This document shows positions 18,839 through 25,828 of a stretch of DNA of 64,000 nt, one piece after another. The stretch covers positions 41,890 to 105,889 of the forward strand of contig JBDLJA010000005.1 of the NCBI GenBank assembly GCA_039714595.1, read 5' to 3'. Position 1 is the first letter of the stretch. Every line of letters begins with the position of its first letter. Source of the stretch: Thermodesulfobacteriota bacterium (GTDB lineage: Bacteria > Desulfobacterota > Desulfobulbia > Desulfobulbales > SURF-16). Under the pieces are notes generated by a model. It worked only from the letters and a program-made list of their open reading frames with translations, was not told the DNA's origin and made no database searches. A program made the translations under genes and the position numbers.

Positions 18839-19564
18839 TTAATTCCTCCGCCGCCGCCTGGACTTTGCCCCCCGGCCGCCACCCTTCTTGGCCCCAGGTC
18901 TTGCCGCCGCCCCCTTGGCCACATAAACCACATGGCGCCGCCCACCCCTGCCAGGACGCTGCTTAGTAAAAGTAAAACCGGCCTGGCGCAACCTCTCCTC
19001 AAAGCCCTTGTCCGGATCCTCCGACCAGACGGCAAAGACACCGCCCGGCCGCAGGGCGGTGGCGGCCAGGTGGAGGGCCGCCTCGCCAAAGAGATTATCC
19101 GCCTCGTACGGCCCCTCGTACATGTCCAGGATAATGGCGTCAAAAGCCTTATCCCGGGCCATGGCCGCCTGGGCAATAACCAGGGCCACATCGGAGATCT
19201 CCACCGTCACCCGGGGGTCAGCCACCGCCCCGGCGGTGAGATGGCTTAAAGGGCCCCGGCACCAGTCCACTACAACCGGGTTCAGCTCCGCCACCACCAC
19301 CTGCGCGTCCTCTGGCAAATTATCCAGGGCGGCCCGCAGGGTGTAGGCCATCCCCAGACCGGCCACCAGGACCCTGGGGCGCTGGCGCTGGCCCAGGGCC
19401 GCGCAGGCCAGTTCGGAGAGAACTATCTCCGAGCGGTTGGCCCGGGAGTTCATCAACACCCGGTTGGCGATGGTGATGAGATAATCGTCATCCCCCCGCC
19501 GCCGCAACTCCAGCAGCCCCTCAGCCGTTTCCACTGAATCAACAACCTGCCATGGTAATGCCAT
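18839..19564 (-). CDS. Spermidine synthase-like SAM-dependent methyltransferase-fold protein
   Basis: Motif VLVAGLGMAYTLRAAL...VVVAELNP. I moved the start to the ATG at 19564 (GGAGG 7 nt upstream). Has an unusual Arg/Gly/Lys-rich C-terminal tail. Confidence 0.7.
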   Translation of the reverse strand: MALPWQVVDSVETAEGLLELRRRGDDDYLITIANRVLMNSRANRSEIVLSELACAALGQRQRPRVLVAGLGMAYTLRAALDNLPEDAQVVVAELNPVVVDWCRGPLSHLTAGAVADPRVTVEISDVALVIAQAAMARDKAFDAIILDMYEGPYEADNLFGEAALHLAATALRPGGVFAVWSEDPDKGFEERLRQAGFTFTKQRPGRGGRRHVVYVAKGAAARPGAKKGGGRGAKSRRRRRN

Positions 19565-19681
19565 TACCGTCCTCCCAAAAGTGGCCCAAAAAAGCCGCTG
19601 GCCATGGTGCCCGGACAAAACCTGGTGTACCATGGCAATTCAGGCGTTTATTTATTGCGATAAGTTAACTTCCGCTCACCT

Positions 19682-20077
19682 GTGGTGAGCCAAAAAAATA
19701 AAAAAATCATACTACCTGCCAGCACCTCAATGGACAACGACTTTACCATGGCCGCCGTGGCCGCGGCCCAACTGGCCGTAAGCCTCCTCTGCCACCTCCC
19801 CCCGCCATCGATGAGGGAGGTGACCAGCAGCTCTGGGGAACTGCGCCAGGGCGAGGCCCAGGCCAAAGTGGCCAAGGGCAGGACAAAGGTAACGGCAGTG
19901 GCCGGCCAGATGTGCGGCGCGGCGGAGGGCCAGCTGCAGATCGAGCTGCCGGCCAACCTGGCGGAAGCGACCAGGGACCAGTGTGAGCAGGCAATCAGCC
20001 AGGCGCTAAGCGCCCTTTGTCCCAGAGAGCAAAACCCGCTGCCCTCCCTTGTCATCTTCATAAGGGAGGGCAGCTGA
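19682..20077 (+). CDS. Hypothetical protein (start uncertain)
   Basis: High third-position GC and a plausible sequence, in contrast to the Trp/Ser-rich antisense ORF 19648-20118. No family recognised and no clear RBS; internal ATGs at about 19730 and 19748 are alternative starts. Confidence 0.4.
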   Translation: MVSQKNKKIILPASTSMDNDFTMAAVAAAQLAVSLLCHLPPPSMREVTSSSGELRQGEAQAKVAKGRTKVTAVAGQMCGAAEGQLQIELPANLAEATRDQCEQAISQALSALCPREQNPLPSLVIFIREGS

Positions 20078-20144
20078 TGACTGAAAGGAATTTGTTGTCC
20101 CATGGCTTCACCGGCCATGCCGGCAGCCCCGTAGGCAAATAAAA

Positions 20145-21206
20145 ATGACCGACCCCGCCCAGATAAGAGCCGCGGCCAGCAACTTCACCCCCCAGCCGGT
20201 GACAGAAATAATCCCCCTGGCCGGCGGCATAATCAACCGCACCTGGCGCCTCTGCCTAAAAAACGGTGAGGAGCTGATCCTCCAGAGGCTCAATTGCCAG
20301 GTCTTCAAATGGCCGGAGCAGAGCTGCCGCAACATGGCCCTGGTGGGTAAGCTTGCCAAAAAGCTCCATAAGTTAAGTGATCGGCGCTGGGAGATCCCCA
20401 GCCTGCGCCTCACCCCCGCCGGGGAGCCGTGGTGGTTCGCCCCGGACGGCGGCCTGTGGCGGGCCATGGATTTCATCACGGGCACCATCAATATCCAGCA
20501 GGTCGACAGCCCGGCCATGGCAGCTGACATCGGCCGGGGCCTGGCCCTCTTCCACCAACTGGTGGCGGACATCTCCCCGCACCAGCTGCCGGCAACCATT
20601 GACCACTTCCACGACACCCCCCATTATATAGAAGAGTTGGAGAGGGGTGTTGCTAGTAGGAAAGAACTCTCGCCCCAACAGAGCAGACTGGTGGACTTCA
20701 GCCGGGAGCGGAGCCGGCGGGGCGCTGAACTGGCCAGCGCCCTGAAGCAGGGGCTCCTTACCACCGCCATCATCCATGGCGACCCGAAGGTGGAAAACTT
20801 CCTCTTTGACGCGGCCAGCAAGAGGGTGTGCAGCCTCATCGACCTGGACACGGTGGGCCCCGGCCTCCGCCTCCACGATCTGGGCGACTGCGTCCGCTCC
20901 TGCGCGGCCCGGCCCGCTGGCCCGGGCGCCCTTGACTTTGACCTGGAGATCTGCAAAGAAATTGTCGCCGGCTACCAGGGCCAGGGGCCGGAACTTCTCA
21001 CCGGCAACGATAAAAAATTTCTCCCCCGGGCCATCTGGCTCCTGCCCTTTGAGCTGGGGGTCCGTTTTTTAAGCGACCAGCTGAGCGGGGCCGGCTATTT
21101 CCGCGAATCATTCCCCGGCCAGAACCTGCAGCAGGCCGAAGAACAGTTCAGCCTGGCCCGGGCGGTGGAGGCCAAGGGTGGTGAACTTGCCAGCTTGGCC
21201 AACTGA
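20145..21206 (+). CDS. Aminoglycoside-phosphotransferase (APH) family kinase, anomeric sugar kinase-like (NahK/AmgK-like)
   Basis: 353-aa ORF. Catalytic loop IIHGDPKVENFLF and metal-binding LIDLDTVGPG. Confidence 0.8.
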   Translation: MTDPAQIRAAASNFTPQPVTEIIPLAGGIINRTWRLCLKNGEELILQRLNCQVFKWPEQSCRNMALVGKLAKKLHKLSDRRWEIPSLRLTPAGEPWWFAPDGGLWRAMDFITGTINIQQVDSPAMAADIGRGLALFHQLVADISPHQLPATIDHFHDTPHYIEELERGVASRKELSPQQSRLVDFSRERSRRGAELASALKQGLLTTAIIHGDPKVENFLFDAASKRVCSLIDLDTVGPGLRLHDLGDCVRSCAARPAGPGALDFDLEICKEIVAGYQGQGPELLTGNDKKFLPRAIWLLPFELGVRFLSDQLSGAGYFRESFPGQNLQQAEEQFSLARAVEAKGGELASLAN

Positions 21207-21281
21207 TATTTACAGCCACCACCCTATCTGCCTATAGTAGTTTCAGAGATCTAAAGTTCGCTTTACCCGACACGCATCACT

Positions 21282-21296
21282 TGATAATAATTATCA
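21282..21296. promoter_or_regulatory. Fur-type 7-1-7 operator (perfect)
   Basis: TGATAATAATTATCA is a perfect palindrome and a 15/15 match to the Fur 7-1-7 consensus TGATAATnATTATCA. It lies in the AT-rich gap upstream of the 756-aa ORF. Confidence 0.6.
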
Positions 21297-21310
21297 TTAA
21301 TGTTTTAATT

Positions 21311-21325
21311 AGATAATTATTATCC
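21311..21325. promoter_or_regulatory. Second Fur-type box overlapping the -35/spacer
   Basis: aGATAATTATTATCc has a perfect 6-1-6 core (13/15 to consensus). It is 29 bp centre-to-centre from box 1 and 8 nt upstream of TATAAT. Confidence 0.5.
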
Positions 21326-21333
21326 TAACCTCC

Positions 21334-21339
21334 TATAAT
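21334..21339 (+). promoter_or_regulatory. Candidate -10 hexamer (TATAAT)
   Basis: Consensus TATAAT 42 nt upstream of the GTG at 21381. No good -35; that position is occupied by Fur-like box 2. Confidence 0.4.
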
Positions 21340-21380
21340 CATTTGCCAAGACAGCATCTGCCCCCAAATCCAGGAAAATA

Positions 21381-23651
21381 GTGATGAGCGAAAGCGGCCC
21401 TGCCCCTGACAAAACTCAAAAGATCCTCTTTCTCGGCTCCAACGCCAAGATTCACAACCTGCCCATCAAGGAGGTGAGCCTGCTGGAAGAGGGGAGCCTG
21501 CCCTCCTATGGCTATAATCCCGGCGATTTTGTCGAGCTGCTGGCCGGCTCGGTGAGTGTTGAGCGCGGCCGCCTGGACCAGTGCGTCACCTGGCTCTCAA
21601 CCTACCTCACCTCAGAAGAGCTCAGCCCCGAGATCACCACCATCACCTATGGCAAGAAGAAGGATATCTTCCAGATCTTCCGTAAACATAGCCAGAGTGA
21701 CATGTCCCAGAAACATGGCTGGTTCATGGTCCATCAGATCCTGCCCTTCTGCGATCGCGGCGAGGACTATGAAAACTTCACCATCAACCGCCACAATCGT
21801 GACCAACTCAAGGACCAGGACGGGGTAATCATAATTGACGACGGCGGCCACCCCCCCCAGGTGGCGGCGGAGTTGAAGAAGTTGAGCCCCGACGCCTGGG
21901 TCATCGGCATGGGGATATCGGTGGCCCACTGGCATACCTGGGCCAAGTCATATGGCGACAACTTCATCCTCCTGGGCCGTTTGGCCGACCTGGAGACCAC
22001 CCGGATGGAGATGGACAGCTCGGCGGTGTGGGAATCCATCGTGGCCATGTGCCTGCGGGCCCTGCGCTCTTCAGAGGTGGGCATCTGGGACGCCAGCCAT
22101 AACCGCTTCCGCTGCCACGTCATGATCGAGATGTTTCCCCACGGCATCCTGATGATCTCGCCGGAGCGCATCTACTTCCGCCATCGCCCCGGCTCCCTGC
22201 CGGAGAAGAGTTCGTCGCGCCAGAAGGGTTCCATGCCCGCCTACGACACCCTGGTGGCCGCCATGCTCACCACGGAAAACATCCGGGCCCGGGGGCTGAT
22301 GAGTGGCCGGGACCACATTCACCTCTTCACCAAGATGGTCCTGGCCCACTGGCAGTGGCTCCACGAGAAGGGCTACTGCTTCGACGGCTCCCTGCGCTTT
22401 CCCGTTCTAAACTCCACCCCCCCTTACCTGGAGAGTGAGTCGTACGATAACGACCTGCCGCCCGACCCGTTTTTCATCGAGCTGCCCCCCTTCTCCGACC
22501 CCTTTGACAAGACCCTGGAGCAGGTGGCCAGCCAGAGCTGGAACGAGGCGAGCAAGGCGGGCCTGCGCTCGTTTTTTGACCAGTCCCACCTGAAATCGCG
22601 GCCCAAATCGCAGCTTGCCCCCCTGGGCTACATGGATATCATTTTAGAGGTGATCCACCAGCTGAAAGAGGAGGTGAGCCGCAAGCAGGGCTTCAAGAAC
22701 CTGCGCATCTTCAACGTGGGCCACCTGCGCACCACCGACCCGGCCGAGATCGGCCCGGTCCTCACCCTCCAGTCGGTGATGGACTCCTACGTCTCCAAGG
22801 AGAGCTTCCAGCGCCCCTTATGCATCGGCGTCTTCGGCCCCCCCGGCTCCGGCAAGTCGTTTGCCGTCAAGGAGGTGGCCCGGGTGATCGGCAAAAAATT
22901 CAACGAGAACCCCTTTGACTTCTATGAGTTCAACCTCACCCAGTTTGACTCGCCGGACGAGATAAACTCATCCATCGACCTGGTCCGGGCCTCGGTGGCC
23001 CAGGGCAAGGTGCCCATCACCTTCTGGGATGAGTTTGACTGCCGCTACCAGGACCATGAGTTTGGCTACCTGCGCTACTTCCTGCCCTCCATGCAGGACG
23101 GCGTCACCTACAACCATGGCACCCCCTACTATATCGGCCGCTCCATCTTTGTCTTTGCCGGCGGGGTCAAGTCCAACTGGGGGGGGATGGAGGCGTTGCT
23201 TGACCCGGACGACCAGGGCAGCCTCCAGAAGGCCAAGACCCTGAAGATCCCTGATTTTATGAGCCGGCTGCGGGTGGTCTTAGATATCGACGGCATCGCC
23301 ATCCCGGAGGAGCTTTTGCGCGACTCGGCCAGCGGCCAGGAGCTTGAGGAGCTGCGCCGCATCTTGCTGAAACGGGCCTTTATCATCGCCCATCAGATGG
23401 ACACCCACTGGAAGAAGGCGGCCCGCAAGACCTCGGGCCTGCTCCTGCGCCTGCTTCTGGCCAACTATAAGTTCGGGGCCCGCTCCATCGAGGCGGTGAT
23501 CGAGGCGAGCCGGGCCGCCGACCGCCTGGTCTACGGCCTGCCGGAGCTCATCGGCCCCTCCGGGGCCCGGATCCACGCCGACTGGCGGGTGGACCTGGAG
23601 CGCCGCATCGATCAGGTCCGCAAAGAGCAGGGCTTGCGCTCGGTCTGGTAG
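21381..23651 (+). CDS. Orphan 756-aa protein: degenerate pfkB/ribokinase-like N-terminal half + classic AAA+ ATPase C-terminal half
   Basis: C-terminal half has Walker A GVFGPPGSGKSF, Walker B ITFWDEFD, FLPSMQDG, FVFAGG and a GARSIEAVIEAS sensor-2-like segment. By eye the N-terminal half follows the pfkB order (KILFLGSN..., DGVIIIDDGG..., SMPAYDTLVAAM in place of GAGD). The start could be the ATG at 21384. Confidence 0.85.
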   Translation: MMSESGPAPDKTQKILFLGSNAKIHNLPIKEVSLLEEGSLPSYGYNPGDFVELLAGSVSVERGRLDQCVTWLSTYLTSEELSPEITTITYGKKKDIFQIFRKHSQSDMSQKHGWFMVHQILPFCDRGEDYENFTINRHNRDQLKDQDGVIIIDDGGHPPQVAAELKKLSPDAWVIGMGISVAHWHTWAKSYGDNFILLGRLADLETTRMEMDSSAVWESIVAMCLRALRSSEVGIWDASHNRFRCHVMIEMFPHGILMISPERIYFRHRPGSLPEKSSSRQKGSMPAYDTLVAAMLTTENIRARGLMSGRDHIHLFTKMVLAHWQWLHEKGYCFDGSLRFPVLNSTPPYLESESYDNDLPPDPFFIELPPFSDPFDKTLEQVASQSWNEASKAGLRSFFDQSHLKSRPKSQLAPLGYMDIILEVIHQLKEEVSRKQGFKNLRIFNVGHLRTTDPAEIGPVLTLQSVMDSYVSKESFQRPLCIGVFGPPGSGKSFAVKEVARVIGKKFNENPFDFYEFNLTQFDSPDEINSSIDLVRASVAQGKVPITFWDEFDCRYQDHEFGYLRYFLPSMQDGVTYNHGTPYYIGRSIFVFAGGVKSNWGGMEALLDPDDQGSLQKAKTLKIPDFMSRLRVVLDIDGIAIPEELLRDSASGQELEELRRILLKRAFIIAHQMDTHWKKAARKTSGLLLRLLLANYKFGARSIEAVIEASRAADRLVYGLPELIGPSGARIHADWRVDLERRIDQVRKEQGLRSVW

Positions 23652-23722
23652 AGCGGGAAAACAGGTACCGAGCCTCGCGGCTGGCAGGCGGATCTGGCCA
23701 AGGCAATGGCCATAAAAAACTG

Positions 23723-23751
23723 TTGAATCCCCCGGGGGGATGGGTTATAAA
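23723..23751 (+). promoter_or_regulatory. Candidate sigma70 promoter of tRNA-Arg
   Basis: TTGAAT (23723-23728), a 17-nt spacer, then TATAAA (23746-23751), ending 16 nt upstream of the tRNA 5' end. Confidence 0.45.
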
Positions 23752-23767
23752 AGCTAATTCTCTTCAT

Positions 23768-23844
23768 GCACCAGTAGCTCAGCTGGATAGAGTACATGAC
23801 TACGAATCATGGGGTCGCAGGTTCGAATCCTGCCTGGTGTACCA
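23768..23844 (+). tRNA. tRNA-Arg (anticodon ACG)
   Basis: Folded by eye into a cloverleaf. Acceptor GCACCAG/CTGGTGT, D-arm AGCTCAGCTGGATAGAGT, anticodon stem CATGA/TCATG with loop CTACGAA, T-arm GCAGGTTCGAATCCTGC, encoded CCA. Confidence 0.93.
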
Positions 23845-23852
23845 GTAATCTC

Positions 23853-23889
23853 AGGCATCTAGCTCATTTTTGAGCCAGATGCCTTTTTT
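23853..23889 (+). terminator. Rho-independent terminator after tRNA-Arg
   Basis: aggcatctagctca-tttt-tgagccagatgcct (one mismatch) followed by TTTTT. Confidence 0.7.
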
Positions 23890-24157
23890 CATTTTCTCCG
23901 GGACAGTAAGGTCCGCCAAGGCTGAAAAATGATCCGGCTCGATTTCAATCAAGACCCGGAATATACAGTGGTTACGCAGGCATTTGCTTATTATCTCCAA
24001 CGCTTAGGGATGAACCCAAGCCAGGACAGACTCGCGTAACGACAATCTATCTTGTCTGGCCAGTCCAGACTTTCCACGCCGAAGCAGCAGACGATGCCTC
24101 GGCCCTAAAACAAAGTGGTTTGCAGCACCAGGAACCACGCATATGGAGCATTACGAC

Positions 24158-24361
24158 ATGGCAGAAGGAACAGTTAAGTGGTTTAACGATGCAAAGGGTT
24201 TTGGTTTTATTGAGCAAAGTGACGGCGGCAAGGATGTGTTTGTCCATCACTCCGCGATTCAGTCCGAGGGCTTCAAGTCCCTGACCGAAGGCGCTAAGGT
24301 GACCTACGACGTTGTTGACGGGCCCAAGGGACCGTCGGCCGAGAATGTTGTTCAGCAGTAG
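24158..24361 (+). CDS. cspA: Cold-shock protein (CspA family)
   Basis: [20 protein letters not shown]...VFVHHSAI carries the RNP1/RNP2 motifs. GGAG lies 9 nt upstream of the ATG at 24158. Confidence 0.92.
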   Translation: MAEGTVKWFNDAKGFGFIEQSDGGKDVFVHHSAIQSEGFKSLTEGAKVTYDVVDGPKGPSAENVVQQ

Positions 24362-24381
24362 GCCTCACCATCGCCCATTAT

Positions 24382-24407
24382 AAAAGCCCGCTGATTGCCG
24401 GGCTTTT
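24382..24407 (+). terminator. Rho-independent terminator after csp
   Basis: aaaagcccg-ctgattgc-cgggctttt, a hairpin with T-rich 3' side, 20 nt after the stop. Confidence 0.55.
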
Positions 24408-24462
24408 ATAATGGGTCTGTTTTCCCCGCGGAACGTACGAATTATTCATAAGGACCAAGGTC

Positions 24463-24615
24463 TTGGCTAGAACAAACTACTCATATGAGAAGCGCCAGAA
24501 GGAATTGGCGAAGAAAAAGAAGAAAGAGGAAAAAAGGCTACGCAAGCTGGCGAAAAAAAAGGCTGCGGCCGGGGAAGATGAGAATCCTCTTCCAGATGAA
24601 GATACCTTGGACTAG
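24463..24615 (+). CDS. Small highly basic Lys-rich protein (50 aa, TTG start)
   Basis: Not in the ORF track because it is under 60 aa. Reads ttg gct aga ... gac tag = (M)ARTNYSYEKRQKELAKKKKKEEKRLRKLAKKKAAAGEDENPLPDEDTLD. AAGGA lies 9 nt upstream. There is no in-frame ATG between the upstream stop (24409) and the TTG. The track ORF 24485-24733 is the wrong frame of the same region. Confidence 0.4.
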   Translation: MARTNYSYEKRQKELAKKKKKEEKRLRKLAKKKAAAGEDENPLPDEDTLD

Positions 24616-24904
24616 GGCAGATCTGCCCTGCCAGTTGCCGTATTTATGGCAAATTTCCGGCAGACAGCCTTCAAACTGCCGGCCTTTCTGGCCGGATTGC
24701 CCTTCATCAGGGGGGCCCGCTGGCGGAAGATGAGTCAGCCCGCAAGAAACGCCAACGGCAATTAGCCCACTCACCCTGGCCGGCAAAACATTACCGACCT
24801 GACAGCAGAGAGCGGTTGGCCAGCATAGAAAAAACGGCGCCCCGAAGGGCCTAAGCTGGTTCCCCCCGTATAACAACGGGCCAAAAGGCGTAAGATAAAC
24901 CCTG

Positions 24905-25597
24905 ATGATCAAAAACAATTTAAAAAAAATTGTCCTTTTCAGCGCCGGGGCCAGCCTGGTGTTCCTTTTTTTCGCCTTTGACCTGGGCCAATACCTGACC
25001 CTGAGCTACCTCAAGGAGTCACAGGCCCGCCTAAGCGATCTCTATGGTGCCAGACCAGGCCTGGTCATTGGCGCCTACATGCTGATCTACATCCTGGTCA
25101 CCGGACTTTCCCTGCCCGGGGCGGTGATCCTCACCCTGGCCGGCGGGGCCCTCTTTGGCCTGGCCACCGGCCTTATAATCGTCTCCTTTGCCTCCACCAT
25201 CGGCGCCACCTGCGCCTGCTTTGCGGCCCGCTTCCTCCTGCGCGACTGGGTACAGAGCAAGTTTGGCGACAGGCTTGGGACCATCAACGAAGGCATGGCC
25301 AGGGAGGGGGCCTTTTACCTCTTCACCCTGCGCCTCATCCCCATCTTCCCCTTCTTTGTCATCAACCTGGTCATGGGGCTGACGAAGATGAGAATAGTCA
25401 CCTTCTACTGGGTCTCCCAGCTGGGCATGCTGGCCGGCACCGGTGTCTATGTCAATGCCGGCAAGGAGCTGGGCAAGATAGAGAGCCTCTCCGGCATCCT
25501 CTCGCCGGGGCTCATCACCTCCTTTGTCATCCTGGGGCTCTTCCCCCTGCTGGCCAAAAAGTCCATTGCCTTGGCCAGACAGCAGAGAGGGGCATGA
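24905..25597 (+). CDS. TVP38/TMEM64 (DedA-related) family membrane protein
   Basis: 230-aa multi-pass membrane ORF with a family-typical core: LPGAVILTLAGGALFG...STIGATCACFAARFLLRDWV. Confidence 0.85.
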   Translation: MIKNNLKKIVLFSAGASLVFLFFAFDLGQYLTLSYLKESQARLSDLYGARPGLVIGAYMLIYILVTGLSLPGAVILTLAGGALFGLATGLIIVSFASTIGATCACFAARFLLRDWVQSKFGDRLGTINEGMAREGAFYLFTLRLIPIFPFFVINLVMGLTKMRIVTFYWVSQLGMLAGTGVYVNAGKELGKIESLSGILSPGLITSFVILGLFPLLAKKSIALARQQRGA

Positions 25598-25828
25598 TAG
25601 CGGAAGGCTCCAGGTTGCCAATCTTGACCCCCGCCGCCCGCACCCTGCCATGGAACAACTCCCCCTTGTTCATCTTCTCTGGCCATAATTGCAACGGGAT
25701 ATTTTTGTAATTCCCCAGGCCCTAGTTGCGACAGCGCTGGCAACTATCAGCACGGCCCCGCAGCAACCGCTGGGGGCTATTTCCCGAACCGCCCCTCTCA
25801 TCATCAAGACAGAAAAACATCCCCAGGC

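Noticed and set aside
19648-20118. 156-aa minus-strand ORF overlapping the 131-aa plus-strand ORF.
   Set aside because: Its Trp/Ser/Ala-rich composition and lack of motifs mark it as the antisense shadow. The plus-strand frame has the coding-like third-position GC bias, although it too remains only a hypothetical protein.
23929-24039. 36-aa ORF ([36 protein letters not shown]) between tRNA-Arg and cspA.
   Set aside because: It looks protein-like but has a weak RBS, no recognisable family and lies where a long cspA 5' leader is expected. It cannot be supported from sequence alone.
23768-24157. A possible genomic-island or integration site at tRNA-Arg, given the orphan gene upstream and low-GC DNA downstream.
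   Set aside because: There is no integrase, recombinase or transposase, and I found no direct repeat of the tRNA 3' end in the window. Flanking genes (cspA, the DedA-like gene, sbcCD) are ordinary core genes.
24485-24733. 82-aa ORF MRSARRNWRRKRRKRKKG... from the track.
   Set aside because: This is the wrong frame of a purine-rich AAG/AAA tract. The alternative frame from TTG 24463 gives a coherent small protein with an RBS and its own stop at 24615. The rest of the track ORF runs through hairpin-rich non-coding sequence.
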